Shown here piece by piece: positions 23,961 through 37,478 of a stretch of 64,000 bases of DNA. Position 1 is the first letter of the stretch, and the number at the start of each line of letters is the position of its first letter. The notes below the pieces were generated by a model. The model was given only the letters and a program-made list of their open reading frames with translations. It was not told the DNA's origin and did no database searches. The stretch comes from Eledone cirrhosa (lineage: Eukaryota), in contig OZ024742.1 in NCBI GenBank assembly GCA_964016885.1, positions 228,656,001 to 228,720,000 on the forward strand. The letters run 5' to 3'. Both the position numbers and the translations under genes were made by a program.

Positions 23961-24190
23961 AATACAGATTTATTTGTTTTATAAATAAATATTGACATAC
24001 TCTGAAAAAAACAACCTTAACGGTTGGAGCTTTCTGGATAGTGGATATATTACATTTATTGAGGGTGTTAGAAAATTATGATTGAGTATGCAAATGAGTG
24101 TCCGAAAGATTGAAAAGATAAGGTTTATTTAAATTAAACTGTTGTAAGAAGGTGATATGTCAATATTTATTTATAAAACAAATCTGTATT

Positions 24191-24258
24191 GTATTTTATC
24201 TGATGAAAGCGCACCATAATTTGCCTTGGTGGCCCTTGAAATATGTATAATAAAATAT
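24191..24258 (+). ncRNA. Hammerhead motif (right arm)
   Basis: gtattttat CTGATGA aagcgcacca..tggtggccctt GAA ATATGTAT A ataaaatat. Confidence 0.7.
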
Positions 24259-24295
24259 ATATGGTTTTATAAATATAGCTTCCATTTGTTAATAT

Positions 24296-24371
<76 letters not shown>

Positions 24372-24400
24372 TTATATGTATATATATATATGTATATATA

Positions 24401-24465
<65 letters not shown>

Positions 24466-24520
24466 AATAAATAAATAAATATATATATACACACACACAT
24501 ATATATATATAGACACACAC

Positions 24521-27500
24521 TTCCCTAAAGTCCAACCCATCCTCAATGCGGCAGGGCGGTGGCAACGGGTGGTGTCAGAGCTATGCCGTCGGGAACTTCG
24601 GTTCCTGGTAGGGACACCCAAGGCGGATTGGTCTGGCACCCGGCGGTATTAGAGCCGCAATCCGGCAAAAGGACCTCTGGTGCAAATCCAAGAGGTGTCT
24701 GTTCCGGCAACCGGCGGCTTCGGGTCGTTTCTATCCCTATGTCTGTGGAGAATCTGCGGCAAACAGGACGTTTTCCCCCCTCGTTCATGCGGGTTTTTGG
24801 GGGACCGCTTGTGAATTCACTATGACACTTCTTCCATGACACTTCTTCCATGAATCCTACAAATACGAACTATGAATACGAATTGCCTTCCCGCTACGAA
24901 CACAATGCAAAGCAACAGCGCTCCTACCGCTATGGCTCTACAGACTACGCCCGCAGTAGACGAAGGAAGGAATTGAGGGTGGCGTGCTGGAACGTCCGAA
25001 CACTTCGTGACGACGGTGTCCAGGCACTTACAATGAAGGCTCTGCACAGGCACTGCGTTAGTGTCGCTTGCCTTTCAGAAGTTCGACATCCCGATGTTGG
25101 TCATCTTCCGATCAAAGTTCCTGGCGAGGACATCTCCTACCACTTGTACCATAGTGGCGTGACTGACAACAGTGGCTTTCACGGGGTCGCTGTAGCGCTC
25201 AGCTGGCGTGGCAGCCGATCTCACACCGACTCACGCTGGTTCGATTGAAGGGTCAAATCTCCAACGTCAGCGTAATTGCCGTCTACGCTCCCACACTCAA
25301 TGCGGACGAGGCGGACAAGACGAAGTTCTATGCCGATCTCCAAACAACCGTGGATGGCGTCCCCTCCAGTGATGTTCTCATTGTCACTGGGGACTGGAAT
25401 GCGCAGACAGGGCCGGCTGATGATACAACACGGCATATTCTAGGACGCTTCGCCCTAGGCGTACGCTGTGACAATGGTAAACGGCTCGTATCCTTCGCGG
25501 ATGCCAATCGTCTTATCGTCATCAACACCCGGTTCCAACATCCTTGGTGTCACCTCGTCACGTGGCGATCCAATGACGGAAGAACGGCCAATCAGATTGA
25601 CTACATCCTGGTATGATCTCATTGGGCCAGCTCAGTGATGGACTCGCGTGCGTATCTAGGGGCTGATACGGGCAGTGGGCATGGGTGAGACCATACTCTT
25701 GTTCGAGTAACCCTTCGTCTGCGGCAGCAAGCGAAACCTCCTCCCAACCGCCAGAAATGCGCGACTCAAGCTCGATGCTGGAAATGCTTTCCGGCTAGTG
25801 CTGCGAAATCGATTCCAAATGCTGAGTAACGAGTTTGCGGAGCAGACGGAGAGGGCAGCAGCCTGTGGTGACTCGCGCAAGCTCTATCAACTGGTGAAGC
25901 GGGCCAGCCGAAGCAGTACGGGTATCAGCGAGACGATCCGTGATCGGAACGGGGTGGTCATTACCAATCTTAATGACCGGCTAGTCCGATGGCGGGACCA
26001 TTTCTCCGAGCTGTTCAACCACCCACCACCACCCACGCCAACCTACGCGCAGCCTTCTGGAGAAGAATACGAGTGCAGCACTGCCCCTCCAATGGTTGAG
26101 GAGGTACGTAGTGTCCTGACACATCTCCGGAACAACAAGGCGTCGGGTGAAGATGGCTTTCCAGCTGAAGTCTACAAAGCCGAGCCTGATGTCTTCGCAG
26201 CTTGGCTCCATCGAGTCTCCTCCTTGGTGTGGGCGACGGAGCGGTTCCCTGGTGACTGGAGCGAGGCAACTTTCCTACCCTTCTTCAAAAAAGGCGACAG
26301 GAAACTGTGTTCCAACTACAGGGGTATCAGTTTAATCAGTTGCTGCCAAAACCTTTGCAATCTTTCTGCTGAAGAGGTTCCAGGCCATCCGTGATGTCCG
26401 TACCCGTCCTTCTCAGGGCGGCTTCCGTATAATGCAGGCGGACGGCATCCCAGTGAAGCTGCTTCGTCTCATACAAGGCTACTACCGGTCGACTCGGGCT
26501 CGAGTGAGGGTCTATGGTGGGGAGACGGAGTCGTTCGATGTTGGGACCGGTGTTCGGCAGGGGTGTGCGCTATCGCCAACTCTCTTTAACTACGCCATTG
26601 ACTACACTCTCAACACAGCGCTCCGGGATTACCCGGGCGTAGAGGTCGGGAGAGGGGTCGTAGTGACGAACCAGGCCTACGCGGATGACATCGTGCTGAT
26701 GGGCGCTAACGGAACAGATGTACAAAGTGCTCTCGAAAGGGTGCACACTGCAGCCGCTGCTGTTGGTCTACGAATCAATGCCCCGCCAAGTCGAGAGTCA
26801 TGACGTCACTGGTCTCGCCTGATGCCTAGCAGCCAATATCTCTCGAGGGCGTGGACCTGGAGGATGTGGAGTCCTTCGTTTACCTGGGCTCAACAGTGGT
26901 TCCAACGGGACAGGGCGCAGCCGAGGTCAAACGTCGCATAGGTGCTGCCAGATCCGCTTTTGGGCGCCTCCAGCGGTGTCTGTGGGACAGAAGAGAGATC
27001 ACCTCGGCGACCAAAGGGCGAATCTACCAGGCCGTCGTTCACACTATCCTCCTCTATGGCTGTGAAACATGGCCTATGAGGGTAGTCGATCAACGGGGGC
27101 TGGAGGTCTTCTACAATGACTGCCTCCGCCGCATTCTTCGCTGCCAACGCGTTGATCAGGTACATACCACCAGCCTTCGTCTTCGCCTGAATATTCGACC
27201 CCTTCCTTCAGTGCTTCTGCAACGGCGCTTGAGATGGTTTGGTCACGCATGCCGGCGCCCTGAGGGTGAACTGATCCGCGATGTTCTCCTCCCACCTCCA
27301 CTCCCTAACTGGAGCAAGCGTGTTGGCGGGCAGCTGAAGATCTGGGCAATGACGACCAAGGAGGACCTCTCCGAACTCTCAGGTCCGCAGGTAGTCGGCC
27401 TGCGCCGATGGAACCGTGACTGGCTCACTATTCCCAGTGACCTAGCCCGGGACCATCGTGCGTGGGCTGCCATGGTTCGGGAAGCCGCCAGAACAAGGGA

Positions 27501-27554
27501 AGAAGCCGGCTCAACCCGTCCAGGGTGAATGTTGACACAAGTACAAGTACAAGT
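24521..27554 (+). mobile_element. RTE-clade LINE with 5' UTR, internal deletions and frameshifts
   Basis: APE motifs ACWNVRTL, VYAPT, GDWNA, NQIDYIL; RT motifs NYRGISL, GVRQGCALSP, YADD, FVYLGS, LLYGCETW, RRLRWFGH; (ACAAGT)3 tail. Confidence 0.92.
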
Positions 27555-27640
27555 AGTATACATACACACACACACGGACGAATGGTTACTCCTTCATTAC
27601 GTTTATTGGTTGGTGACGCGGTCCCTGGATATATATATAT

Positions 27641-27788
27641 ATAGGAAAAGAGTCAGGACCCCGACGGCTGAGCTCCGGCCGTTTCGACAGCTAGACTCTT
27701 TTCCTTTTACCCACTCTACTACCGATAGTATCGAGTACTCTGATGCTTTATGGTCCACCTGGTTCCTTACCACACTTCCTTCGTTATA
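27641..27788. mobile_element. Short pseudo-LTR-like fragment with an inverted hammerhead 3' half; same family as 61513-61748
   Basis: aggaaaagagtc/gactcttttcct inversion; minus strand reads GAAACGGC..GCCGTC ggggtc. Confidence 0.6.
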
Positions 27789-28004
27789 AAAACCACAGAC
27801 CCTCCATCTCAACTCACCTTTTGAAAAGCAGAAGAACTGCAAAACCGGTAAAGGAATCAAATAAATATATATATTTAAAAAAAAAAAAAAAAAAAAAATA
27901 AGACTCCAGTTGCATTTTCGATTTCATCTCTTTTTCTTTATACTTTCACTAGGACACCTCGGTTATTTTTCAATTTGTAAAAAACCTCACTTTCTAATAT
28001 ATAT

Positions 28005-28130
28005 ATAAGGACAGACACTGGTCTGTTGGAGATGCAGGATATGGCAGCGATAATGAGGGACAGAGACCGCTGGAGAGAACTCGTCCATGGATCTCGGGAA
28101 TTTTACCCGCCTTAGATAGATAGAGAGATA
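28005..28130 (+). mobile_element. 3' stub of an RTE-like LINE
   Basis: Translates ..DTGLLEMQDMAAIMRDRDRWRELV..; (TAGA)n tail. Confidence 0.55.
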
Positions 28131-28166
28131 TATATTTAACTACATAATAAACAACACAATATAATT

Positions 28167-28238
28167 ATTCCATTACCAAAAGTTTCAGGAAACTAGACGA
28201 TCCTAACAGAAATGTCCAGCTCGTTCATCAGATGAAAT
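28167..28238 (-). ncRNA. Hammerhead motif within an inverted-repeat module (arms about 28134-28194 and 28410-28470)
   Basis: atttcat CTGATGA ..gagctggac/gtctagttt.. GAA ACTTTTGGT A atggaat. Confidence 0.6.
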
Positions 28239-28526
28239 AGTTATGTTTTGGATATGAATTTAATATCTATTAAAAATGAAAGTGAGGGTGAGTTAAAATA
28301 ACGGAAAAAATATATACACGCACACACACATTCAGATATACATACATGCATATACAGATAAAAATACATGTGCTGTAAGAGTGTATTAAGATGTAAGAGT
28401 GTATTTTTAAGTTTCCTGAAAACTCTGGTAATGGAATAATTATACTGGGTTTTTAATTATGTAATTAAATAGCTCTGTACTCATAGAGCACTCTTCTTTC
28501 CTTTACCTTTTCTACGGAAATATTTA

Positions 28527-28558
<32 letters not shown>

Positions 28559-28604
28559 GTGTGTGTATATATGTACATATATCTCTTAAAGTTTAATCTG
28601 TACT

Positions 28605-28655
<51 letters not shown>

Positions 28656-28816
28656 ACTTATATATGCACTATATATAATTATAAACAGGAAAGGTCAGTA
28701 ATTCTTTAGCACCTTATTACCAGTAAGAAAAATAGCACAATGTAAATACATCAGATGTTTTACAGAGCAGGAATATAAATTACAGAATAATCAAAACTAT
28801 GTTCAAAACATTTTAT

Positions 28817-28863
28817 TGCTGACAATCGTTTCTTCTAAACTTTCGTTTGGTTTCATCGGAGCA
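28817..28863 (-). ncRNA. Hammerhead motif with CCGATGA core in a solo pseudo-LTR fragment (about 28680-29150)
   Basis: tgct CCGATGA aaccaaac gaaa gtttagaa GAA ACGATTGT C agca; flanks are homologous to 33600-33780. Confidence 0.6.
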
Positions 28864-29549
28864 CTAGCAAATTTAGACATATAATTAACCCCCTATTCCA
28901 CAGAACAATTGTAAAGATACGTAGATATTACTGTGTCATATTTAAAGAGTGAAGATGATGTGGTCAAAGATGCGACAAAGATTATAAATTAATAATACAA
29001 CAATAATAGAAGAATTAAAGAAGAAAGTTACTCGCAAAATGAGGACGTTAGCGGTACATAGGCAAACGTATAGAAAGAATGCAGAGGTATTAGACATGTA
29101 CAGAATAACAGGGTAAAAAACAAGCAATGATACTAAGCATATATATCACAGTATGGCAAAGGTATCACATAATAACGTTCACACCCTGTTGCCATTTAAT
29201 TAGTTGGAAATAATTATTAATCTTCCTTTTATTACTACTAGCTATATGGTTCGCGATGTTAGGTGTGGCAGAGTAAGATATTTTAATGGTATTTTTATTG
29301 ATAAGATTATGGTATTTGTGGCCGACTGATTTTTTCTTCCAAATTATTAAAGATTGTTAACAGTTAATAAAGAAACGATTAAATAACATATACTGTGCCA
29401 CCAGCCATATATTTGATTACCTGCAGAGTTATCAGATCTAAATGTCGCAACACACCTATATGATATCTTGTAGTATACAGTTAATGATACTTCACATAGT
29501 CTGGAAACATAATGTAGACAGACTGCATAGAAACAACAAATCAGTATAG

Positions 29550-29740
29550 AGATGGCGCATGACTTAGTAGTGAGGTTGTTCGGCTCACGATCGCAAGATC
29601 GTGAACTCGATTCTCGGCGGTGCTTTGAGTCCTTGAATAAGACACTTTATTTCAAGTTGCTCCACTCCACTCAGCTAACAAAAAATAAGTTGTGTCTGTA
29701 ATATAAAGGTGCAGCCTTGCCGCCACAGTGTCACGCTGAA
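29550..29740 (+). mobile_element. tRNA-derived SINE family 2 (CORE-like gtccttgagcaagacactt block), diverged
   Basis: A/B-box-like head; related copies at 30936-31130 (+), about 43000-43125 (-) and 43296-43640 (+). Confidence 0.65.
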
Positions 29741-29812
29741 TACACAGTCACTTCCATATTAATTTTATGAGCGTTGATTAAACATCTGAAACACTATCAA
29801 CAATAACTTACT

Positions 29813-30496
29813 ATCATTAGGACGGCAGGTTGGCAGTATCAATAGAAGGTCGGACGCCCTGCTTTGCAGCATAGAGTTACGCCCCTTTATGATCTGAGTT
29901 CAAATCCTGCCGAAGTTAGCTTTGCCTTTCATCCTTATGAGGTCGATAAAATAAAGTACCAGTAATGTACTGGGTAATTGCTGGCCTTGTGCTCAAAGTA
30001 GAAACAATTATTAGGACGGTGAAGTGCTGTGGATTGGCAGTATCGGTAGAGCATCGGAAGTCATACTTCGCCTTTCATCAAACTTTGCCTTTCATCCTTA
30101 CGGGATCGATAAAATTAAGCACCAGTAATGCACTGGAGTTGATTTAATTGACTTTCCTTCCCCCCTACCAAATTATTGACCTTGTGCCTAAATCAGAAAC
30201 CATTATTAGGACGATGAAATCGACCCTGGCCAATAAATGAAACTGTTATTAGGACGGTGTGTAGGGCAGTGGATTGGCAGAATTGGTAAAGCGCCGGACA
30301 ACATGCTTTGCATTATAGAGTTACGGCCCTTTACGTTCTGAGTTCAAATCCCGCCGAGGTTAGCTTTGCCTTTTATCCTTACAGGGTCGATAAAATAAAG
30401 TACCAGTAATGCACTGAGGTCGATTTAATCGACTATCCCCTTCTTTTCAAATTGCTGGCCTTGTGCCTAAATCAGAAACCATTATTAGGACGGTGA
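29813..30496 (+). mobile_element. Tandem stack of three SINE family 1 copies plus a Tx1 3' stub, separated by five copies of one target site
   Basis: attattaggacggtg-like motif at 29813, 30007, 30202, 30245 and 30481. Confidence 0.85.
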
Positions 30497-30935
30497 GTAG
30501 TTTTCACTCACAAGGCTTGGGTCAATTCTATGTTGTGGCAAAAGCTGACAGAGACAGATATTGTCAGTCACAACTCACAACATCTAACGTTAAAAATTAA
30601 TGAAAAACAAGAGACGTTTTGCCGAAGTTATTGGCTTTTAAAAATAGGAACAGTGAAATGAAACTTTCGCTAAATATAACTTCAATTAAGGCTATATATA
30701 GCGAAACCACAAAGTTAAGTCACTCTAAATAAATATATTGATTCTATACATGAGACCCTCATTCAGTGCATGTTTAGTATGTTTATTACACAAATCAATA
30801 CGTACACACACACACACATACACCCCCACACACACACAGCGCACACACCGCACGCGCACACACGTACACACACGTAAACACACGCGCACACACGCGCACA
30901 CACGTACACGCACACACACATAAACATATATATAT

Positions 30936-31130
30936 AGACGTGTGGCTGAGTGGTTAGAGAATTGGATTCGCAATCTTGAGGTTGTGAGTTCGATTCCTAA
31001 ACCGGGCGATGTGTTATGCCCTTGAGCAAGACACTTTACTTGACGTTGCTCCTTCTACTTGGAGTTGCGTCCGATAGATAGTATTAGCAATGGGAAAGAC
31101 CAACGGAAACATTGTTTCCTCGGTCCGATT
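30936..31130 (+). mobile_element. tRNA-derived SINE family 2
   Basis: gtggctgagtgg (A box), gagttcgattcc (B box), cccttgagcaagacacttt. Confidence 0.75.
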
Positions 31131-31982
31131 TGACGAAAGTCGATCGACTGTCGATATATATATATTTGCACACGGAAAAACGGTTGCAGGGTACAAACAA
31201 ACAAAAGCATGTATTTTCCTCGTTCAGCCCCTCCTTGGAAGTTACAATTTAGTGACTAAGGGTGTATTATATTATTACTGCGTTTACTAAATTGCTTCGA
31301 AGAACAGCTACAGCAATGACAGTAGTTTCTTGAGGCTTTTTGATTCAAATGTTTATAGTATCTTTACATGTGAACAGATCGTTGCAAAAATTTGTAGTTT
31401 TAGAATAAATACATGAAATGTTAATGTAATACAATCACAGTTCCGTTTAGTACTGGTTTAATACATTTCTAGAATGTCATGCTAATGCGTTATTGTGTGT
31501 TGCGTGGCATTAACCTGTTGACTGCCGCGTATATTTTACACAGCCGCAGTTGCTGTGACGGTTTTTTTTCTTCAGAAAAATGAAGTTATGAACTGTTGGA
31601 GATGAGTTATCACGTCTGTGGCACTGGAATGCATACATGTTAGAACGTTTACGGCACTGAAGAGTAACAGTCAATAATGGAAAAACATAAAATTAACGAA
31701 AATGTAAAAGAGTTAATGTATGAATGTAGAAATAGATTTCACCAGATTAAATGTAGACATCATAGGTGAAATAATATTCAAGAGATTCTATGTGAAGCAG
31801 TAAAAGTAACACTTAGAAGGAGAGTAAGAACTGAGATGAAGAAAAGATGGATGGCAACTGAAACTTACAATATGCATTAGAATAAAGGAAGATACCAGAT
31901 CTCCAAACGGAACGTGAAACTAGGTAATTATAATCAAATAATCAAATACACCCACCCACAGGCCCCCCCTCTCTCTCTCTTT

Positions 31983-32022
<40 letters not shown>

Positions 32023-32407
32023 ATATATATACATTTACATATACATACATACACACATATATATATGTATATATATACATATACATACAGACGCGCACAC
32101 ACACATATATATATACATATATACGTATACATATATATATATATACATACACACACACGCACACAAACACCATTGTATATCAAGTCTTTGAAAATATATA
32201 AAGAATAGAATAGTAGAGGATAAACTTGTATTGTAAAGAGCCTGCAGTAGTCTATAACGATTGTCAAAAGACTAACCCGTACTTTCGACTGATTATTGCT
32301 GCATCTAAAACACGGTTACCTGCCCCCTCTCTCCGCCATTTTCCAAAACTCAGTTCCTTGCCTCTGGCCGTTCGTTCATTACCTACGTGAATTCATTGTT
32401 AATAGAC

Positions 32408-32555
<148 letters not shown>

Positions 32556-32676
32556 TGACTTAATGTTATAAGCTAAGCCTCACATAGACTTCACTGAACC
32601 TGGCTTCATTCCTATCTATCGATTGTTTTCGATACGGTAACTATGCAGTGTTATATATTTATATTATATTGTTTTG

Positions 32677-32803
<127 letters not shown>

Positions 32804-32896
32804 CATATATATATACACGCACACACATATATACATACATCTATATCTCTCTCCCTCTCTCTGTATCTCTCTCTCTCTCTATATATATATACATAT

Positions 32897-32939
<43 letters not shown>

Positions 32940-33024
32940 TATTTATATATATGTGTGCGTTTGTATAACTGTATACATACATACATATATATATATGTCC
33001 ATATATATATATATATATATATAT

Positions 33025-33078
<54 letters not shown>

Positions 33079-33322
33079 GGAAGTCGTTCTTTATTGCGAT
33101 CGTTCTATTGATGATTGTCAGTCTGGGAGTATAAAAGAGTAAAAGAAGAAAGGAAAATCCAGGAAGTCCATGCTGTTTCCCGTCTTTTGATAATGAGACA
33201 TTTCTAGGTGGTAAGGTAGGACTATCGGAAGTGAATGCATTGTCAAACTTCTAGTTAAAAGCATCAAATTATGTTCATAATATATCATATATGGTATAAT
33301 ATGAAATATATATATATGTATA

Positions 33323-33420
33323 CAGGGTGTCACCAATAAATGTATACATACTTCAACAGCATTCTAATAAATATTGCCTGTACAGTTAACCAAAGTATAT
33401 ATACACTTTTTGGGAACACC

Positions 33421-33423
<3 letters not shown>
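33323..33423. mobile_element. ~100-bp Tc1/mariner-like MITE
   Basis: TA|CAGGGTGT...ACACCCTG|TA with imperfect TIRs of about 30 bp. Confidence 0.75.
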
Positions 33424-33514
<91 letters not shown>

Positions 33515-33906
33515 TTAAGGATACTATTTATGGTTATGTATATAATAAAACCTTTTATGGTTATATATTTTTTATATACAAACCCCAAATAGTGAAAGAT
33601 AGTCATTCATTACTATCTTATTACCAGTAAGATAAATAGCTCAATGTAATAACATCAGTTGTTTTACAGAGCAGTTATATAGAGATTACAATAATCAAAG
33701 TTCAGTTTAAATCATTTATTTGCTTACAATTGTTTCCTCCAAACCGAGGTTTGGTTTCTTCGGAGTAACTATTTAGTGATCTATAACATACTTGACCTCC
33801 TTTTCAACACAAGAGACATATAAAAACATATGCATATATTGACCCACAGTGGGATGACATCCATCATAATGATATAGCATGGCAATTTACATATAAAGGT
33901 TAAAGG

Positions 33907-34212
33907 ATAAAAATAAAAATAAAAATAAAAATAAAAATAAAAATAAAAATAAAAATAAAAATAAAAATAAAAATAAAAATAAAAATAAAAATAAAAATAA
34001 AAATAAAAATAAAAATAAAAATAAAAATAAAAATAAAAATAAAAATAAAAATAAAAATAAAAATAAAAATAAAAATAAAAATAAAAATAAAAATAAAAAT
34101 AAAAATAAAAATAAAAATAAAAATAAAAATAAAAATAAAAATAAAAATAAAAATAAAAATAAAAATAAAAATAAAAATAAAAATAAAAATTTAAATTTAA
34201 ATAAAAATAAAA
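33907..34212. repeat. (AAAAAT)n hexamer array inside the pseudo-LTR
   Basis: About 50 units here, about 8 in the inverted copy (37243-37290). Confidence 0.95.
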
Positions 34213-35829
34213 CATTGGCAGTTTATGAAGATAAAGCAAGAGGAAAGTTTAGAGTAGTCAGTGTATGAAACAATCTCACGTGTAGCATGCACGCGTGTCT
34301 TATTTATACAGGATTAGAGTGCGGCAGACTGTTACTTGTAGGATCAGGCAGTTAAAGCAGGCAATCAATAGTATTATGTGGGCTGTATTGTTAAATCATT
34401 TTTTCGCATACACCTGTATGATATACAATCCCGAATGTAGAGAAACACCAAAATATCAAAAATATCAAACGTATTATAAAACATATTATAACATAGGCAA
34501 AACAGTACCACTGTCTTCGCACACACCACCACTCACATAATCCATGAAACGCAATATATAGACTACAGGTCTATCACACAATCCACGATGATTCAGCATA
34601 GAACCAAGTTATAAACCATATCTTGTCGATTCTTAATTAATAGATCATGTTGTTTAGTTTTGTGAGATGACATTATATTCCGGAAGTGTGTGTGTGACCA
34701 AGGGGAGTTAATGCGTAAGGGGAGGTAACTAACTGATTTTCATAGTTAAATTTATTATCCTAAATTACATTAATGGTGTTTCAAATAAGTCCCTATCATA
34801 TGATGTTATAACTAATTTCTAGATTAGGTTACTTATCTATAGGTTACAGTGTAGTCTATTAAGAAGTACTAAAGGTGTCTATATCAGGATGATTACCTTC
34901 TATTAAGGAGTGTCACACCTGAACATTCTATAAGAAGAGTCAGACCTCCAAATCAATGTTCTTTGTAAGTGTAGTCCACCCGCAGAACCCGGCAGGGTCT
35001 TATTATTATATATGACTCCCGGTAAGCTCTGGGTCATTGTATGTCTGAATCATTGGCAAATTTAAATATCACCAGGGTGGTCCGGAGATCAATTCTCTCA
35101 TATAAAGACACTAGTCTGGCCATCAAGCAATACATAAACTCCCATCTCATATATAAATTAAATTAGGTTTCTCATCTATAAATTACAGTGTAGTCTATTA
35201 AGAAGTACTAAAGGAGTTCATATCATGATGATTACAATCCAATATGGAGTGCCACACCTGAACAATCTATAAGAAGAGTCAGACTTCAAATTCAATTATA
35301 TGTATAAGGGTCTTATTACTATATAAGACTCCCGGTAAGTTCCGGGTCATTGTATGACTGAATCCCTGGTAAATTCAAATATCACCAGGGTGGTACGGGG
35401 ACCAGTTCTCCCATCGAAGGACACTAATCTGGCCACCAAGCAATACAGAAACTCCTAACTCATATATCACCTGTGCATAATTCATTGTACTCATCGTATA
35501 GAATATATAGTCCCTTTAATAATAAATTAATTACTTAATCATCCATCTATCCCATGGTGGCATTCCATGCACAGGATTATGTTAGCACAACCAATACAGT
35601 GTCTACAGTTTATATTAATCATAAATTTGTGCAATGCAGTCCAAGAAATCCAAGGCCAACATATCAGAATTAGAAGTACATGGGGGTATCTCCAAGGTAG
35701 ATGGTACTATAAGGTTGCCACTATTAGCTTTAGAGTATATAAATGGGTGTGGAGATGAGGTGTAAGGTGTGGCACTGATGCTACTTGCTAGAGGTGGTGA
35801 CGGGTTCAAGTCTGACATTGTTATATATA

Positions 35830-37108
35830 GGGTTTATAGTTTTGGAAAGAGTGTCGGAAGCGGTGTTGGCAAGATGTGAACACTTCTGATTTTTTATTAA
35901 GGAGATTATGGTTAGAGAAGATGATAGTATGGGTCTCTAGTAGACAGAGGTTACAAAATTTATTAGGTGGTTTGTACGATGTTGCATTACCTACCACTTC
36001 CCATTTAAGTGTATATAGTTTATTTTTAGTTTTAGATAGTGTATGTAGCTAGATAGTGAAGTGGAGTTGGCTAGAGTCTGTTTTTTGAAAGAGTGGAGGT
36101 GCGAATTGTATCTAGTTTTGAAGCAGTTAGAAGTAGAGCCTATATAGGTTTCAGAAGAGTTGTTAGTTGTGACTGTACATGAGTATATGATATCCTTGGT
36201 TAAGCATTTTTTATCTAAAGGGCAGGTTCTATTTGATCTACAGTTACAATTATTCTGGGTGTTAGTCTGCCGGTTAATATGCTGTGTAGATGTCTGGATG
36301 TTAGCTATAGGGTTATGGTTATGTGGGTTGTCGTTCCCATCGTTATTGTTTACACTAGTACTATTACTATTATTTCTATTGATATTAGGGTTAGTTGCTA
36401 TAATGTTATTTTGAATGTTATTTTGAAGGTTTATCGTCTGTTGTGATTTAGTTTGTTGGAAGTAAGAATTAATTTTTCTTTTATTACTACTAGCTATGTG
36501 GTATGCTAAGTTAGGCGTAGTAGAGTATGAGATTTTAATAGTGTTTTTGTTTAAAAGGCTATGGTACTTGTGGCCGGATGGGAAGTTTTTATCTAGTAGT
36601 GAGAAGAAAGCCCTAGGTAGGTTGGTAGAGACGTTTAGATTGAAAGGAGGGTTGAAAAATGTATTATTTCTTCTTCTATTTCTGTTTTTTATGTCTGGTG
36701 ATTTGTTTCCTTTTATGTTACTCTGGTAATTTCTGTGGTGTGGGTTACTTATGTTGTTATCATCTCTATTAGTGTGTGTGTGGTTGCTATTCTTATTATT
36801 AAATTTTCTCATGGACATGTTGTGCGAAATATTGTTGTAGCTATGCGTTTTTGTAGATAGGAACTCGATCTCTATATTATGGCCTGATCTAGCTATATAA
36901 TATTGCGAGTTATTGTTAAATATGTTTACGTCATAGCATAGATTAGAGATTCTATTAGATATTCCCTTAGAGATAGAGTTTAATATAGATCTAGGATGGT
37001 TAGACTTGGTATCTACGTAAATGAGTTTTTCATTAGGTTTGTGGAAAGGTGCATATATCATTGAGTCTAGGTAGAGTGTGGCGTCTAGGAAGTTGACGTT
37101 TTTAGTGC
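35830..37108 (-). pseudogene. C-terminal part of a Penelope ORF (RT thumb, linker, GIY-YIG endonuclease)
   Basis: VNFLDATL..YAPFHKPN..SNHP; FNPPF; CNC..CPL..C; DIIYSC..YIGSTSNCFKTRYNSH; continues after a frameshift to C-x-LC. Confidence 0.85.
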
Positions 37109-37429
37109 CTGATCCTACAAGTAACAATCTGCCGCACTCTAATCCTGTATAAATAAGACACGCGTGCATGCTACACGTGAGATTGTTTCATACACTGACT
37201 ACTCTAAACTTTCCTCTTGCTTTATCTTCATAAACTGCCAATGTTTTATTTTTATTTTTATTTTTATTTTTATTTTTATTTTTATTTTTATCCTTTAATC
37301 TTTATATGTAAATTGCCATGCTATATCATTATGATGGATGTCATCCCACTGTGGGCCAATATATGCATATGTTTTTATATGTCTCTTGTGTTGAAAAGGA
37401 GGTCAAGTATGTTATAGATCACTAAATAG

Positions 37430-37478
37430 TTGCTCCGAAGAAACCAAATCTTGGTTTGGAGGAAACAATTGTAAGCAA
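37430..37478 (+). ncRNA. Hammerhead motif with CCGAAGA core; mirror copy at 33720-33768 (-)
   Basis: ttgct CCGAAGA aa ccaaat cttg gtttgg ag GAA ACAATTGT A agcaa. Confidence 0.6.

Larger units (their letters stand above)
23847..24304. mobile_element. Inverted-repeat module (arms of ~150 bp), probably derived from a Penelope pseudo-LTR
   Basis: 23847-23999 is the reverse complement of 24156-24304; each arm carries a hammerhead motif; abuts (TA)n. Confidence 0.8.

Noticed and set aside
30936-31010. tRNA-like sequences with A and B boxes
   Set aside because: No complete cloverleaf; they continue into SINE bodies
31510-31720. piggyBac-like MITE ends (ttaacctgttgactgccg / cggcactgaagagtaa)
   Set aside because: Inverted repeat too degenerate to support a call
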